A stretch of 64,000 nt of DNA from Candidatus Eiseniibacteriota bacterium (GTDB lineage Bacteria > Eisenbacteria > RBG-16-71-46 > JABDJR01): positions 1,248,001 to 1,312,000 of the forward strand of contig CAWANH010000028.1 in assembly GCA_963783375.1 (NCBI GenBank), in the 5' to 3' direction. Under the pieces are notes generated by a model. It was not told the origin of the DNA. It ran no database searches and saw nothing but the letters and a program-made list of their open reading frames with translations. Shown one piece after another: positions 20,735-31,420 of the stretch. Numbering within the stretch: the first letter of the stretch is position 1; every line of letters begins with the position of its first letter. Both the position numbers and the translations under genes were made by a program.

Positions 20735-22557
20735 GGTTCCTCCCGGCGCCGGACGGGCCGGTCGGAGGCCCGGAGGATCCGCTTCCGAAGCCGGAGCGAC
20801 TTGGGAGTCACCTCCAGCAGCTCGTCCTCGGCGATGAACTCCAGGCACTGCTCCAGGGACATCACCCGCGGGGGGACGAGCTTGGTGGTGATCTCCGAGG
20901 TGGAGGAGCGCATGTTGGTGAGCTTCTTCTCCTTCACCACGTTCACGTTCATGTCGTCGTCCCGGGAGTTCTCTCCCACGATCATCCCCTCGTAGACCGG
21001 GAGGGTGGGGGCGGCGAAGATCTCCCCCCGGGCCTGGAGGTGCTCCACCGCGTAGGCGGTCACCGCCCCCGAGCGGTCGGCCACCAGGGCGCCGGTGGTG
21101 CGGTGCGGGATCTCACCCGCCCACGGCCGGTAGCCGATGAAGAGATGGTTCATGATCCCGGTCCCCCGGGTGTCGGTCAAGAACTCGCTCCGGTAGCCGA
21201 TGAGGCCCCGCGAGGGAATCTCGAACTCCAGCCGCACCCGTCCCGTTCCGTGGTTCACCATCTTCATCATCCGGCCGCGGCGCATGTTCAGCTTCTGGGT
21301 CACCGCCCCGACGTAGCCCTCGGGAACGTCCACCACCACGTTCTCCTGGGGCTCCTCGATCCGGCCGTCCACCTGGTGGGTGATGACCTGGGGCTTGCCG
21401 ACCCCCATCTCGTACCCCTCGCGGCGCATGGTCTCGATGAGGATCGCGAGCTGCAGCTCCCCCCGCCCCGACACCTTGAACGCGTCGGGGGTCTCGCCCG
21501 GCTCCAGGCGCAGGGCCACGTTTCGCTCCACCTCGCGCTCCAGCCGGTCCTTCAGGTGCCGGGAGGTGAGGTAGGTCCCGTCCCGTCCCGAGAACGGCGA
21601 ATCGTTCACGTAGAACACCATGGAGATGGTCGGCTCGTCCACGGTGATGGGGGGGAGCGGCGAGGGGCGTTCGGGGTCGGAGATCGTCTCGCCGATGTCG
21701 ATGGCGTCCAGCCCGGCCACGGCCACCAGATCGCCCGGCGAACCCTCGGCGAGTTCCACCCGCTTGAGCCCCTGGAAGCCGAAGAGCTTGGTGATCTGGC
21801 CCCGGGTCACGCTCCCGTCCCGGTGGCAAACCGAGACCATCTGCCGGTTCCGGATCTTTCCCTGCACCACCCGGCCGAAGGCGATCCGGCCCACGTAGTC
21901 GTCGTAGTCGTAGCTGGCGATCAGGACCTGGAGCGGGCCCTCGTCGTCCCCGGTGGGGGCGGGGATCACGTCCACGATGGTCTTGAACAGGGGCTCCAGG
22001 TCCTCCTGCGGATCGGTCATGCTCAACGCGCAGGTGCCGGCCCGGGCCACGGCGTAGAGCACCGGGAACTCGATCTGGTGCTCGTCGGCTTCGAGATCGA
22101 TGTAGAGGTCGTAGATCTCGTTCAGGACCTCGGCCGGCCGGGCGTCCTTGCGGTCGATCTTGTTCACCACCACGATCGACGGCAGTCCCAGCTCCAGGGC
22201 CTTCAGGAGCACGAACCGGGTCTGGGGGAGCGGCCCTTCCGAGGCGTCGACCAGGAGGAGGACCCCGTCCACCAGCTTCAGGATCCGCTCCACCTCGCCG
22301 CCGAAGTCGGCGTGGCCGGGGGTGTCCAGGATGTTGATCCGCGTCCCGCCGTGCACCACCGCCGTGTTCTTGGCCATGATGGTGATGCCCTTTTCCCGTT
22401 CCAGATCGATGGAGTCCATGACCCGGTCCACGACCTCCTGGTTCTCGCGGAACACGCCGCTCTGCCAGAGCATGGCGTCCACCAGGGTGGTCTTGCCGTG
22501 GTCCACGTGGGCCACGATGGCGATGTTGCGCAGGTCGCGTCGGACCACTTGGGTCAT
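20731..22557 (-). CDS. typA: Translational GTPase TypA/BipA
   Basis: [30 protein letters not shown] and ELLEVTP. Confidence 0.97.
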   Translation of the reverse strand: MTQVVRRDLRNIAIVAHVDHGKTTLVDAMLWQSGVFRENQEVVDRVMDSIDLEREKGITIMAKNTAVVHGGTRINILDTPGHADFGGEVERILKLVDGVLLLVDASEGPLPQTRFVLLKALELGLPSIVVVNKIDRKDARPAEVLNEIYDLYIDLEADEHQIEFPVLYAVARAGTCALSMTDPQEDLEPLFKTIVDVIPAPTGDDEGPLQVLIASYDYDDYVGRIAFGRVVQGKIRNRQMVSVCHRDGSVTRGQITKLFGFQGLKRVELAEGSPGDLVAVAGLDAIDIGETISDPERPSPLPPITVDEPTISMVFYVNDSPFSGRDGTYLTSRHLKDRLEREVERNVALRLEPGETPDAFKVSGRGELQLAILIETMRREGYEMGVGKPQVITHQVDGRIEEPQENVVVDVPEGYVGAVTQKLNMRRGRMMKMVNHGTGRVRLEFEIPSRGLIGYRSEFLTDTRGTGIMNHLFIGYRPWAGEIPHRTTGALVADRSGAVTAYAVEHLQARGEIFAAPTLPVYEGMIVGENSRDDDMNVNVVKEKKLTNMRSSTSEITTKLVPPRVMSLEQCLEFIAEDELLEVTPKSLRLRKRILRASDRPVRRREEP

Positions 22558-22862
22558 GGGCGTACCGATGCCTCCGAACCGGCGATCCGGACCGGACCGG
22601 GAGGGTCCGGCGGGTCGTCGGGAAAAGACGGGATCCCCGGGGGGGCGCGCCGGTCCAGGGACCAGGTGCGCGTCCGGGGGGCGGCCCTCCCTCTACGGGA
22701 AATCGGGCCGAAAAAACCGGGGTAGGCTAAATCAAAGCCGATCAAAGGACGCCCAAGGCTAACAGGCGCCGGCCGGGAGCACAAGCCCGGAAGCGCCGGC
22801 CCCGGACGGCTCCGGGACCGGCGCCGGATGGGTCCGCCCGGCGGACGTGCCGGTCCGGGGGC

Positions 22863-23300
22863 TCAGAGATCGGCCAGGACCTCGGCGGGGTGGACCTGGA
22901 CGTCCACCTTGGCGTAGGCCTTGGCGATCGTCCCCTCGGGATCGATCAGGTAGGTGATACGATCCGCGTTGGCTTGGTCGGGATCGTGGGCGGCTTGGTA
23001 GGCCAGACCGATCTCGCGATCGGGGTCGGAGAGCAGGAGGAAGGGGAAATCGAACTTCTTCGCGAACGCCCGGTTCTCCTCCACGGTGTCGAAACTGATC
23101 CCGAGAATCACCGCGTTCTTGGACTCGAAGTCTCGGATTCCGTCCCGGAACCCGTTGCCTTCAATCGTTCACCCGGGAGTGTCGGCCTTGGGGTAGAACC
23201 AGAGAACCACGTGCTTGCCGGTGAAATCGGAGAGCGAAACCTCTTCGCCGGTGTGGGCCTTCGCGGTGAACCGCGGCGCCTTGTCGCCGACCTTGAGCAT
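22863..23300 (-). CDS. bcp: Peroxiredoxin Q/Bcp with selenocysteine (in-frame TGA at 23169-23171)
   Basis: [22 protein letters not shown] continues in frame to [18 protein letters not shown]; SECIS-like hairpin follows the TGA. Confidence 0.88.
23134..23154 (-). promoter_or_regulatory. Bacterial SECIS-like hairpin
   Basis: CGGGUUCC-GGGAC-GGAAUCCG starting 14 nt after the UGA; loop begins with G. Confidence 0.7.
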
Positions 23301-23429
23301 GAGCAACTCCTCTTGGATCGTCGCCGCGACCGGGCCGAAGCCGTGTGCTTCGCCCCCGCGCGGCGTTCCTGTCGCCGTAGCGCGGAAACCACGAGTTGCG
23401 CTTCCGCGCCGCGTTTCTTCCAGGATACC

Positions 23430-24389
23430 ATGGGGGCGGGCCGGCTCTCCAAACGCGGGGCGGCGCTTCTGGCCGCATGCCTGCTCCTCGCGTTCCCGTC
23501 TTCCGGAGCCGGGACTCCTCTTCGCGGCGCCTCGATCCCCTCCGAGGCCTCGGCGTCCGCGGAACAGGCCCCGGAGTTCAGCCGGGCCGCCGATCCCCCG
23601 TCGGCGACGTTGCTCACCCCCGCGATCTGGATCCCGGTGGCCCCGGGGATCGAGTTCGCCCGGGTCGAGGCGCTCCGGGTCCCCCACGCCGGGAGCGCGG
23701 GGATCGCCGTGGTGCGCCTGGATCCCGCCCGGGTGCGGATCGAGCCCTACCACGAGGCCGAGTACCCCGGCGCCGTGCCGGTCACCATCGACGGGTGGCA
23801 GAAGCGGCTGGAGGCCCCGGTGGTGGTGAACGCCGGTCTCTACGACGAGTCACGGCGGCACCTGGGGCGGCTCCGGCGGGCCGGAACCGATCTCGGCGGG
23901 ATCCCGCACAAGCGGTGGAACGGGGTCCTGGCCTCGGGGGCCCGGACCGACTCGCTCCCCCCCGCGGCCCTTCTGGATCTGTCCCAGCCCGGGGACTCCA
24001 CCCGGATGGCCGGCTACGCAAACCTCGTTCAGTCCATGATGCTCTTCGATGTGAGAGGAAAGACCCGGGTCCGGGAGAGCGATCGCACCGCGCCCCGCAC
24101 CCTGGTGGCGGCGGACGGCGACGGGGGGATCTACCTGGTGGTCACCGAGGGCGCCTACACCCTGACCGCATGCGTGGATCTGCTTCGTTCGGCGGGATGG
24201 GGGCTTCGCGCCGCCCTGGCCCTGGACGGCGGGAGCGAGGCCAACCTCGCCGTGGAGAGCCCGGCCATCCGCTACCGCTCCTACGCGGGAGTCGAGGGGC
24301 AGAATCCCGCGGAAGGGCTCTTCCGGGCGGGGGGGCGGCTCCCCGCGGTGGTGGCGGTGTGGCCGGTAGGAACGGACGACGGGTCGTAG
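23430..24389 (+). CDS. Phosphodiester glycosidase (NAGPA-like) family exported protein
   Basis: Signal peptide, VNAGLY, APRTLVA and ALALDGGS. Confidence 0.75.
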   Translation: MGAGRLSKRGAALLAACLLLAFPSSGAGTPLRGASIPSEASASAEQAPEFSRAADPPSATLLTPAIWIPVAPGIEFARVEALRVPHAGSAGIAVVRLDPARVRIEPYHEAEYPGAVPVTIDGWQKRLEAPVVVNAGLYDESRRHLGRLRRAGTDLGGIPHKRWNGVLASGARTDSLPPAALLDLSQPGDSTRMAGYANLVQSMMLFDVRGKTRVRESDRTAPRTLVAADGDGGIYLVVTEGAYTLTACVDLLRSAGWGLRAALALDGGSEANLAVESPAIRYRSYAGVEGQNPAEGLFRAGGRLPAVVAVWPVGTDDGS

Positions 24390-24693
24390 CCTTGCCTATC
24401 TGCGGGTTTCCGCCGCGGCCCGTGTTGACCCGCGTCGCCGCGGTTTGTTACAACTGGAAGTGGACGAAATCAATTGCCGCGCATCGCGGCCCTCGTGCAT
24501 TTTGCCTGGACGTCGCCGGGGGCGTCGACCCATCGGATAAACCCTTGGCCTCCCACCGTAGGCGGATCCACCGGCTGGCGGAGGACCACCGTTCACCGTC
24601 GAACTCCCGGGACCATTTTCCGCTCCCGATCCGGTACGGGTTCCCGCGGCGGGGCAAAGCGTGCCCTCGCGACGTCCGGAAAGGAAGGACCAC

Positions 24694-24911
24694 ATGATTA
24701 CCCACACCCGGTGCATACCCGCAACGAACACTACGACCTGGTGAGCGTCCTCTACCACTCGCTCCGGAGCGCCAGCTCCTGCGAGCGCTACGTCCGGGAC
24801 GCCAGGAAGTCCGACGATCGGGAGTTCGCCCAGTTCTTCGACGAACCGGGCGAGACCGACCGCCGTCGGGCAGACCGCGCAATGGAGATGCTCTCCACGC
24901 GCCGGAGCTGA
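24694..24911 (+). CDS. Small ferritin-like stress protein; possible 5' frameshift
   Basis: TRNEHYDLVSVLYHSL...YVRDA...DREFAQFF. The RBS-preceded ATG 24694 is out of frame; GTG 24711 is in frame. Confidence 0.55.
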
Positions 24912-25054
24912 CCGGCGGCCGGGATCGGGGGACGGCCGTCGCGGCGTCCCACCGTTTCCGGTCCGTGCGAATTTCCGGTATCCCGGGCGGGCTGGAGCGT
25001 CCGCGCGTCCGGGGCCGGCTGAGACCGAATATCAGAGACGAGGAGGAACTGATC

Positions 25055-25627
25055 ATGGCCGATAAACTCAAGGATCGACACATCGCGATGCTGGTGGACA
25101 ACGGGTTCGAGGAAGAGGAGCTGACTCGTCCGAAGCAGGCGCTGGAGGAGAACGGCGCCCGGGTGGACATCGTGTCCCCGGCGGACGATCGCGTCCGGGC
25201 CTGGAAGCACACCGACTGGGGGGACGAGTTCCCGGTGGACCGGCCGCTCTCCCGGGCGCGCCCCGACGACTACGACGCCCTGGTGCTTCCCGGCGGCGTC
25301 ATGAACGGCGACCACCTGCGCCGGAACGAGCGGGCGCTGACCTTCGTGCGGGGGTTCTTCGAGGAGCACAAGCCGGTCGCCGCCATCTGCCACGCCCCCT
25401 GGACCCTGATCGACGCCGGGGTGGTCAAGGGGCGGCGGATGACGTCCTACCACACCCTCCAGACCGATCTCAGGAACGCGGGGGCGGACTGGGTCGACGA
25501 GGAGGTGGTGACCGACCAGGGCCTGGTCACGAGCCGGAACCCCGGAGACATCCCGGCCTTCAACCGGAAGACGATCGAGGAGATCGCCGAGGGGAAGCAC
25601 GCGCGGCAGACCGTGCCGGACCGGTAA
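25055..25627 (+). CDS. PfpI/YhbO (DJ-1) type 1 glutamine amidotransferase domain protein
   Basis: GFEEEE, LVLPGG, AAICHAP and TSRNPGD; AGGAGG RBS. Confidence 0.93.
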   Translation: MADKLKDRHIAMLVDNGFEEEELTRPKQALEENGARVDIVSPADDRVRAWKHTDWGDEFPVDRPLSRARPDDYDALVLPGGVMNGDHLRRNERALTFVRGFFEEHKPVAAICHAPWTLIDAGVVKGRRMTSYHTLQTDLRNAGADWVDEEVVTDQGLVTSRNPGDIPAFNRKTIEEIAEGKHARQTVPDR

Positions 25628-25690
25628 TTCCGGTTGATCCGGCGCACCGAAGTCGGCCCGGAACGTGGGGCCGGCTCCGGTGCGGCTTGG

Positions 25691-27118
25691 TCATTTCGGC
25701 CCGAAGCGCTCCAGGATCCAGGACTGCATCTTGTCCAGGGGGGCGTCGTTGAAGGTTTCCTCGTTGGTGTAGTACTCGCTCACCGCCCCGGTCTCCGCGG
25801 TCTGGAAGAGGTGGTTGAGCTTGGGGTACACCCGCACGGTGACGTCGTGGTTGCCGGCCTGCTTCAGCGCCTCTTCGAGCTCGGACACACTCTGGTCCGG
25901 CGGCACCTGGAGGTCCTTTTCCCCGTAGAGGGCGAGGACCGGCACCGTGACCTTGGCCAGGGTGGGCCGGGGGTCGTAGGTGATGAAGAAGCGCATCCAG
26001 GGGCTCATGACGCTCCGGGTCTGGCCGTCGACCAGGGTGTCCAGGTTCTTCTCCAGGTTGTCCCGCTCCGCGGGAGGCAGGGACTTCATCTGCTCCCCGA
26101 CCACGGTCCGGACCATGTCCCGGACCTCGGCGGTGTCGGCCCCGGCGGCGACGAGGCCGGTGAGCTTCCGGTTCTCGGCCGCCCGCTCCTTCGCCTCCTC
26201 CTTGCTCGCGCCTCCCGCCCGGGCCAGGAGCTCGTTCTGGGCGGCCAGGACGTCGGCCCCGGGCACCGCCGGGCCGGCCAGAAGGATGATGAAGGCCACG
26301 TCGGGATCCTCGGCGGCGACCATCGGAGCGATGAGTCCGCCCTCGCTGTGACCGGCCAGGCCGATGGCGTCGCCCCGGATCTCCGGTCGACCCTCGAGGT
26401 ACGCCACCCCGGCCTCGACGTCCTTGGCGAAGTCGGCGCTGGTGGCCCCGGCCACGTCCCCCTTGGAGCCCCCCACCCCGCGGTCGTCCGCCCGGAGCAC
26501 CGCGATTCCGTGCCGGGAGAGGCGGTCGGCGATCACCCGGAACGGTTTGTGCTCGAACACGGTCTCGTCCCGGTCCTGGGGGCCGCTTCCGCTGATCAGC
26601 AACACGGCGGGAAAGGGGCCGTCGCCCTCGGGAAGGGTGAGGGTGCCGGCCAGGACCACGTCGCCGTTCGTATAGGTGACGTCTTCGGAGGCGTAGGGAA
26701 AGGGAGGCTTGGGGGTCTGGGGCCGCTTGGGCTCGGCCGAGGTCTCCCGCCCCAGATGGAAGGGGAACTCGGCTCCGTTCTGGGAGAACGTCCCCTCGAT
26801 CTGCCCGAACTGAAGCGCGCCGTCGAAGGTGGGCTTGCCGGGAACGCCCTTGAGGGAGAAGTGAACCTTTCCTCCCTCCACCGAGATCTCGTCGAGCGCG
26901 AGCCCCTTTGCACCTTGCAGGGGAATGTCGATGGTACCGGTCCACGTCCCGCCGTCGTTCGCGAGATCCACCTTCACCCCCAGGGGTCCGGTGGGGATCT
27001 GGATCGCCCCCTCCCAGTGGCCGCTCAGTTCCTCGTCCGCGCCCCGGGCGGCGCCCGCAAACCCCGCGGCCAGGAAACACGCCAGCACCACCGCGCCGCA
27101 CCACGCTCCCGTCTTCAT
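25691..27118 (-). CDS. Exported alpha/beta hydrolase
   Basis: Signal peptide, SGSGPQDRD, DDRGVG, GHSEGG, KDLQV and LNHLFQ. Confidence 0.9.
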   Translation of the reverse strand: MKTGAWCGAVVLACFLAAGFAGAARGADEELSGHWEGAIQIPTGPLGVKVDLANDGGTWTGTIDIPLQGAKGLALDEISVEGGKVHFSLKGVPGKPTFDGALQFGQIEGTFSQNGAEFPFHLGRETSAEPKRPQTPKPPFPYASEDVTYTNGDVVLAGTLTLPEGDGPFPAVLLISGSGPQDRDETVFEHKPFRVIADRLSRHGIAVLRADDRGVGGSKGDVAGATSADFAKDVEAGVAYLEGRPEIRGDAIGLAGHSEGGLIAPMVAAEDPDVAFIILLAGPAVPGADVLAAQNELLARAGGASKEEAKERAAENRKLTGLVAAGADTAEVRDMVRTVVGEQMKSLPPAERDNLEKNLDTLVDGQTRSVMSPWMRFFITYDPRPTLAKVTVPVLALYGEKDLQVPPDQSVSELEEALKQAGNHDVTVRVYPKLNHLFQTAETGAVSEYYTNEETFNDAPLDKMQSWILERFGPK

Positions 27119-27182
27119 CCTGTGCATCCTCCTCATCGTCGTCATCATCATCGCGACCCCAGGTCCAACCATCCTCCCGATG

Positions 27183-28385
27183 CTACCCCCAGAGCCCGAC
27201 GCTGGCATAGCTCACCGTGCCGGTGTCGTCGGTGGCCTGCTCGTACCGGAGCACCTTGCCCTTCGCGCCGGGAAGGGCGGACAGGAGACCGTAGACCGGG
27301 CTCAGCCCGCAGACTCGGCGGGGATCCCCGCCGGCCATGATCGAAGCGTAGAACCCCGCCGGATCTCCGGCGGCGGCCCGGGCCAGGGTCTCACGGTCCT
27401 CCTTCTCCAGGTAGCTCAGTCCCTCGGGGTTCAGCGGGCCGGGATCCCCGAAGCGCAGGCCGATGTGGGCGAGATCCGCGCCGGCCACCACCACCGCGCG
27501 CTCCTCCCGCTCGGCCAGATACGCACGGAGCGCGGCAAGGAACCCGGAGTCGCTCGGAGTCTCGGATGCCGGGTCCCGAAGCGATCCGCAGAGCACCGGG
27601 ACCATCCTGAGGTCGCGTCCCTGTTCCCGGAGCGCGGCCAGAAAGAGCGCCTGGAACTCCACCGAGTGCTCGCGGCGGTGGAAATAGAGGTCATCCGGGG
27701 AGACCGACTCCGTCGCGCCCAGCCGCCGGCAGGCTTCGGCGTCCACCGGCACCGGCCCGAGAGGGGTCTCGAAGGGCTTGTCGAGGACGATCCAGGCCGG
27801 TCGCGGACAGGCGTGGGAGGTGCCCAGCACCACCACCGTGTCCACCGCCGGAGCCTCGGCCAGGAGGCGGTAGGCGAGGGCGGTGCACGGCCCGCCCACC
27901 CGGAGATCGATGTGGGGGGCCACCACCCCACGCAGGGTTCCCGCCGGCCGCTCCCCCGGCTCCTCCATGGATGCCGCCTGCTCCTCGAACCGGCGCACCG
28001 CCTGGCGAGCCTCCCCGGGATCGGCCGGGTAGCTCGTTCCGGCGTGGGCGGCGGGACGGGTCGGCGCGGCCAGGAAGGTCTCGTGGCTCGACAGCCGGCG
28101 CGCCTCGAAGGCCTGGGTCTCCAGCATCCCCGCCCCCTCCAGACGGTCGAGGAGCATCTGCACCTCTTCCGGCTTGGGGGGCTTCCCGTAACGCTTCTCG
28201 AACGCCTGGTGAAGCTGGCCGCGGTCGTGGTCGCCGTCACAGTGGGCGGCGACGAACAACGCCGGCTCGGAGAGGATCAGCTCGTCGTCGGTATAGCCCT
28301 CGGGATCGCGGAGCACGTAGTTCGAACCCTCCTCCTCGGGGACGTGGAGCACTTCGAGGGCGCGAAGGCGGGGGAGCTTGGTCAT
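27183..28385 (-). CDS. AmmeMemoRadiSam protein B (MEMO1 family) with N-terminal extension
   Basis: RPAAHAGTSYP, APHID, EHSVEFQ, ADLAHIG, VCG and VSYAS. Confidence 0.9.
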   Translation of the reverse strand: MTKLPRLRALEVLHVPEEEGSNYVLRDPEGYTDDELILSEPALFVAAHCDGDHDRGQLHQAFEKRYGKPPKPEEVQMLLDRLEGAGMLETQAFEARRLSSHETFLAAPTRPAAHAGTSYPADPGEARQAVRRFEEQAASMEEPGERPAGTLRGVVAPHIDLRVGGPCTALAYRLLAEAPAVDTVVVLGTSHACPRPAWIVLDKPFETPLGPVPVDAEACRRLGATESVSPDDLYFHRREHSVEFQALFLAALREQGRDLRMVPVLCGSLRDPASETPSDSGFLAALRAYLAEREERAVVVAGADLAHIGLRFGDPGPLNPEGLSYLEKEDRETLARAAAGDPAGFYASIMAGGDPRRVCGLSPVYGLLSALPGAKGKVLRYEQATDDTGTVSYASVGLWG

Positions 28386-28590
28386 CGTGGCATCTCGGTT
28401 TCCGGGTACGGGTTGTCGTTTCCAGGGACCGCGGCGGCGGAACCTCCTTGGTCTTGGCAAAGCGCCCGCGAACAGCTTCAATGAGGTCTGCGGTTCCCGC
28501 TGCCGGCAGTTCACGAGCGCGTCGTGTCGGGAAAGCCGCAAAGACGCGAGTATAGTGCAGCCGCCTCGGCCGCACCATGGGGAGGTCGTC

Positions 28591-30309
28591 ATGGGGTCGT
28601 TTCTGAGATCGGTGCTGGCCACGCTGGTGGCGCTGGCGCTCCTGTTCCTGGTCTTTACCGGCTTCGTCTGGCTCAAGTGGGGTCGCGCCCCGGGCGTGGC
28701 GAGGGGATCGATCCTGGTCCAGAGCGTGGGCGGGGAGATGCCGGAGTACCCGATGGGTGGGGCGACCTCGGGGATCCTGGTCTCCGCCGCGCCCACGCTC
28801 CAGGGCATCCTCACCAACCTGGACAAGGCGGCGGTGGACGGGCGGATCCGGGGGGTGCTGATCACCCTCCAGAGCCCGGGGGCGGGGTACGGGAAGCTGG
28901 AGGAGGTCCGCGGGGGGATCGCCCGGGTGCGGGAGGCGGGGAAGCCGGTCTGGGCCTGGGCCGACATCCTGGACCTGAAATCGCTCTACGTGGCCTCGGC
29001 CTGCGATTCGCTGTTCCTCCTCCCCAACGCCTACGTGGAGATGGGCGGTATGTACTCCGGGCGCCTCTTCGTGAAGGATGCCCTGGGGAAGCTCGGGATC
29101 GACCCCCAGGTCCACCGCATCTCCCGCTTCAAGTCGGCGGCGGAGATGGTCACCCGGAACGACATGTCGGAGCCGGCCCGGGAGATGTCGCGATGGATCC
29201 TCGGGGACATCTACCCCCACGTGATCGGGGACATCGCCGGGGGCTTCTCGGTGGACACCCTGGCCGTGGACGCGGTGCTGGAGAAGACCCTCCTCCACAC
29301 CGACGAGCTGGTGGAGGCGGGGCTGGCCTCCGGGGCCCGGTGGTGGGACGAGATGAAGGCCGCCCTCCCCCGTCCCGGCGGGAAGGACGAGCCCGCCCTG
29401 GTCACCGGCGCGGACTACGCGCGGATCGATCCGGCCAAGGTGGGGCTCAAGGGAAAGAAGACGATCGCGGTGATCCATGCCGAGGGCTACATCGGCGGGG
29501 CGGAGAGCGGTTTCAACCCGGTTCTGGGCACGACCATGGGCCACCGGACGGTGAACCGGGACCTGAAGCGGGCCATGGACGACGACGACGTGGCGGCGAT
29601 CGTGTTCCGGATCGATTCCGGAGGGGGGTCGAGCCTGACCAGCGACCGGATCGGCCGGATGGTCGGGGTGGCGGCGGCCCGGAAGCCGGTGATCGTATCC
29701 ATGGCCGACGTGGCGGCCTCGGGGGGGTACTCCATCGCCTACCGGGCCACCACGTTGATCGCGGATGGGAACACCATCACCGGCTCCATCGGGAGCATCA
29801 CCGGGAAGTTCGTGATGAAGGGGCTCTACGACCGGCTCGGGGTGACCAAGGACGGGGTGGGGATCGGCCCCGACCCCGATTTCTACTCCGACGTCCGCCC
29901 CTGGACCCCGGAGGAAATGGAAAGGGTCGAGACCGCCCACTGGGGGGACTACGACCGCTGGATCGCGGACATCGCCGCCCACCGCGGGCTCACCCCGGCC
30001 GAGGTGGACTCGGTGGGCCGGGGACGGGTCTGGACCGGGCGGCAGGCGCTGGAGCGGAAGCTGGTGGACCGGCTCGGCGACCTCCACGCCGCGGTGGAGG
30101 CGGCCAAGGAAGCGGCCAAGATACCCGCCGACAAGAAGGTGACCGTGGTCCACTACCCCCAACCGTCGGGGCTGGCGGCGCAGATCTTCGGGGCCCCGCT
30201 CGGGACCGCGATGGAGCGGTGGGCGGCCGGCTGGGTGAGGGCGCAGGGGGAGGAGACGGAGCGGCTCACCCGCGGGGAGGTCGAGGTGATCGGGGTGCCG
30301 GTGCCCTGA
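28591..30309 (+). CDS. sppA: Signal peptide peptidase SppA (S49)
   Basis: Two S49 domains; FKSAAE, RIDSGGG, AASGGY, TGSIG and GRVWTG. Confidence 0.9.
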   Translation: MGSFLRSVLATLVALALLFLVFTGFVWLKWGRAPGVARGSILVQSVGGEMPEYPMGGATSGILVSAAPTLQGILTNLDKAAVDGRIRGVLITLQSPGAGYGKLEEVRGGIARVREAGKPVWAWADILDLKSLYVASACDSLFLLPNAYVEMGGMYSGRLFVKDALGKLGIDPQVHRISRFKSAAEMVTRNDMSEPAREMSRWILGDIYPHVIGDIAGGFSVDTLAVDAVLEKTLLHTDELVEAGLASGARWWDEMKAALPRPGGKDEPALVTGADYARIDPAKVGLKGKKTIAVIHAEGYIGGAESGFNPVLGTTMGHRTVNRDLKRAMDDDDVAAIVFRIDSGGGSSLTSDRIGRMVGVAAARKPVIVSMADVAASGGYSIAYRATTLIADGNTITGSIGSITGKFVMKGLYDRLGVTKDGVGIGPDPDFYSDVRPWTPEEMERVETAHWGDYDRWIADIAAHRGLTPAEVDSVGRGRVWTGRQALERKLVDRLGDLHAAVEAAKEAAKIPADKKVTVVHYPQPSGLAAQIFGAPLGTAMERWAAGWVRAQGEETERLTRGEVEVIGVPVP

Positions 30310-30344
30310 ACCGGGCGCTCAACCGAGGATCCCGCCGCCTCGGG

Positions 30345-31178
30345 TCAGAGCCCCTTCTTCCGGGCCTGGCGCACGTGGTCGATGAGCTTCACCGACTCCC
30401 AGGTGCGGGCGCGCTTGGTGGGGGCACCGAGCACCACGGTGATGAACTCGCCGCCGGAGTCGCTGACCGCCTCCACCATGCAGTACCCGGCCTCGTCGAT
30501 ATAGCCGGTCTTGGCGGCCAGGATTTCATGCCGCGCGCGCAGGAGCCGCGAGGAGTGGACGATGGTGCGGGGGCCGCGGCGGGTCTTCAGCTCGAACTGA
30601 CGGGTCCCCAGGTACTCGCGAAGAATCGGCTCCTGGAGCGCAGCGGTGAACAGGAGCGCCACCTCACGGGCAGTGGAGACGTTCCGCTCATCCAGTCCCG
30701 TCGGCTCCACGAAGACGGAATTCCGGCAGCCCAACCCGTGGGCGGTCTCCTGCATCAGGTAGCCGTAGGCCTCGTAGGTGAGGCCGAACGGATGGGACAA
30801 CGCCCGGGCCGCGCAGTTGTCCGAACACACCAGAGCCAGCTTCAGGAGGGTGCGGGCGGGGATCCGGTCCCCGATCCGTAGCCGGGTGCGCCCCACTCCG
30901 GTCCAGTCCTCCCGGGTAATGGTGATCGGGGCGTCGAGGTCCCCGTTCAGGCGGATGAAGGTCAGGGCGGCGGCGAGCTTGGTGAGGCTGGCCACCGGGA
31001 CCCGGGTGTCGATCGACTGGGAATAGAGCCATTCCCCCGAGGCGGGGTCGTAAGCTCCGGCATTGTGGGCCCGAACCGAAAACGCGGCCGCCTCGCGGGG
31101 AGCCTCGAGCGTTCCCCCGAACGCCGTCAGAGCGGCGAAGGCGACCACGATCCAGGTTCGCTGCGATGCCCTCCACAT
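30345..31178 (-). CDS. S11 D-alanyl-D-alanine peptidase (PBP7-like)
   Basis: SxxK (SLTK), SDN and KTG motifs; signal peptide. Confidence 0.9.
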   Translation of the reverse strand: MWRASQRTWIVVAFAALTAFGGTLEAPREAAAFSVRAHNAGAYDPASGEWLYSQSIDTRVPVASLTKLAAALTFIRLNGDLDAPITITREDWTGVGRTRLRIGDRIPARTLLKLALVCSDNCAARALSHPFGLTYEAYGYLMQETAHGLGCRNSVFVEPTGLDERNVSTAREVALLFTAALQEPILREYLGTRQFELKTRRGPRTIVHSSRLLRARHEILAAKTGYIDEAGYCMVEAVSDSGGEFITVVLGAPTKRARTWESVKLIDHVRQARKKGL

Positions 31179-31241
31179 ACGCGAGAACCTCGATGGTGGT
31201 GTGGGTCGAGTGTCGACGGACCGGGACCTGGTGTCCGAAAT

Positions 31242-31269
31242 AGATCGGCCCCGGCGCGGACGAACTGAA
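31242..31269 (-). promoter_or_regulatory. Sigma28-like promoter
   Basis: Minus strand reads TTCAG-N15-GCCGATCT upstream of the S11 peptidase. Confidence 0.35.
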
Positions 31270-31420
31270 GGTACGGGGTCGGAAGCCGCTGCGGCAATGG
31301 AAAATGCCGCCTGGGAGCCCCTCAGGCGATCAAGAGGGGGCGGCGGACCGTCCCGCCGCCCCCGAGAGGCCGGTCAGGGCGCGCTCCGCCCGGAGGCGAG
31401 GCGGCCGGCGGCCTGGAACG

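Noticed and set aside
22863-23300. bcp as a nonsense pseudogene
   Set aside because: The stop is TGA exactly at the catalytic Cys and is followed by a SECIS-like hairpin; the rest of the gene is intact.
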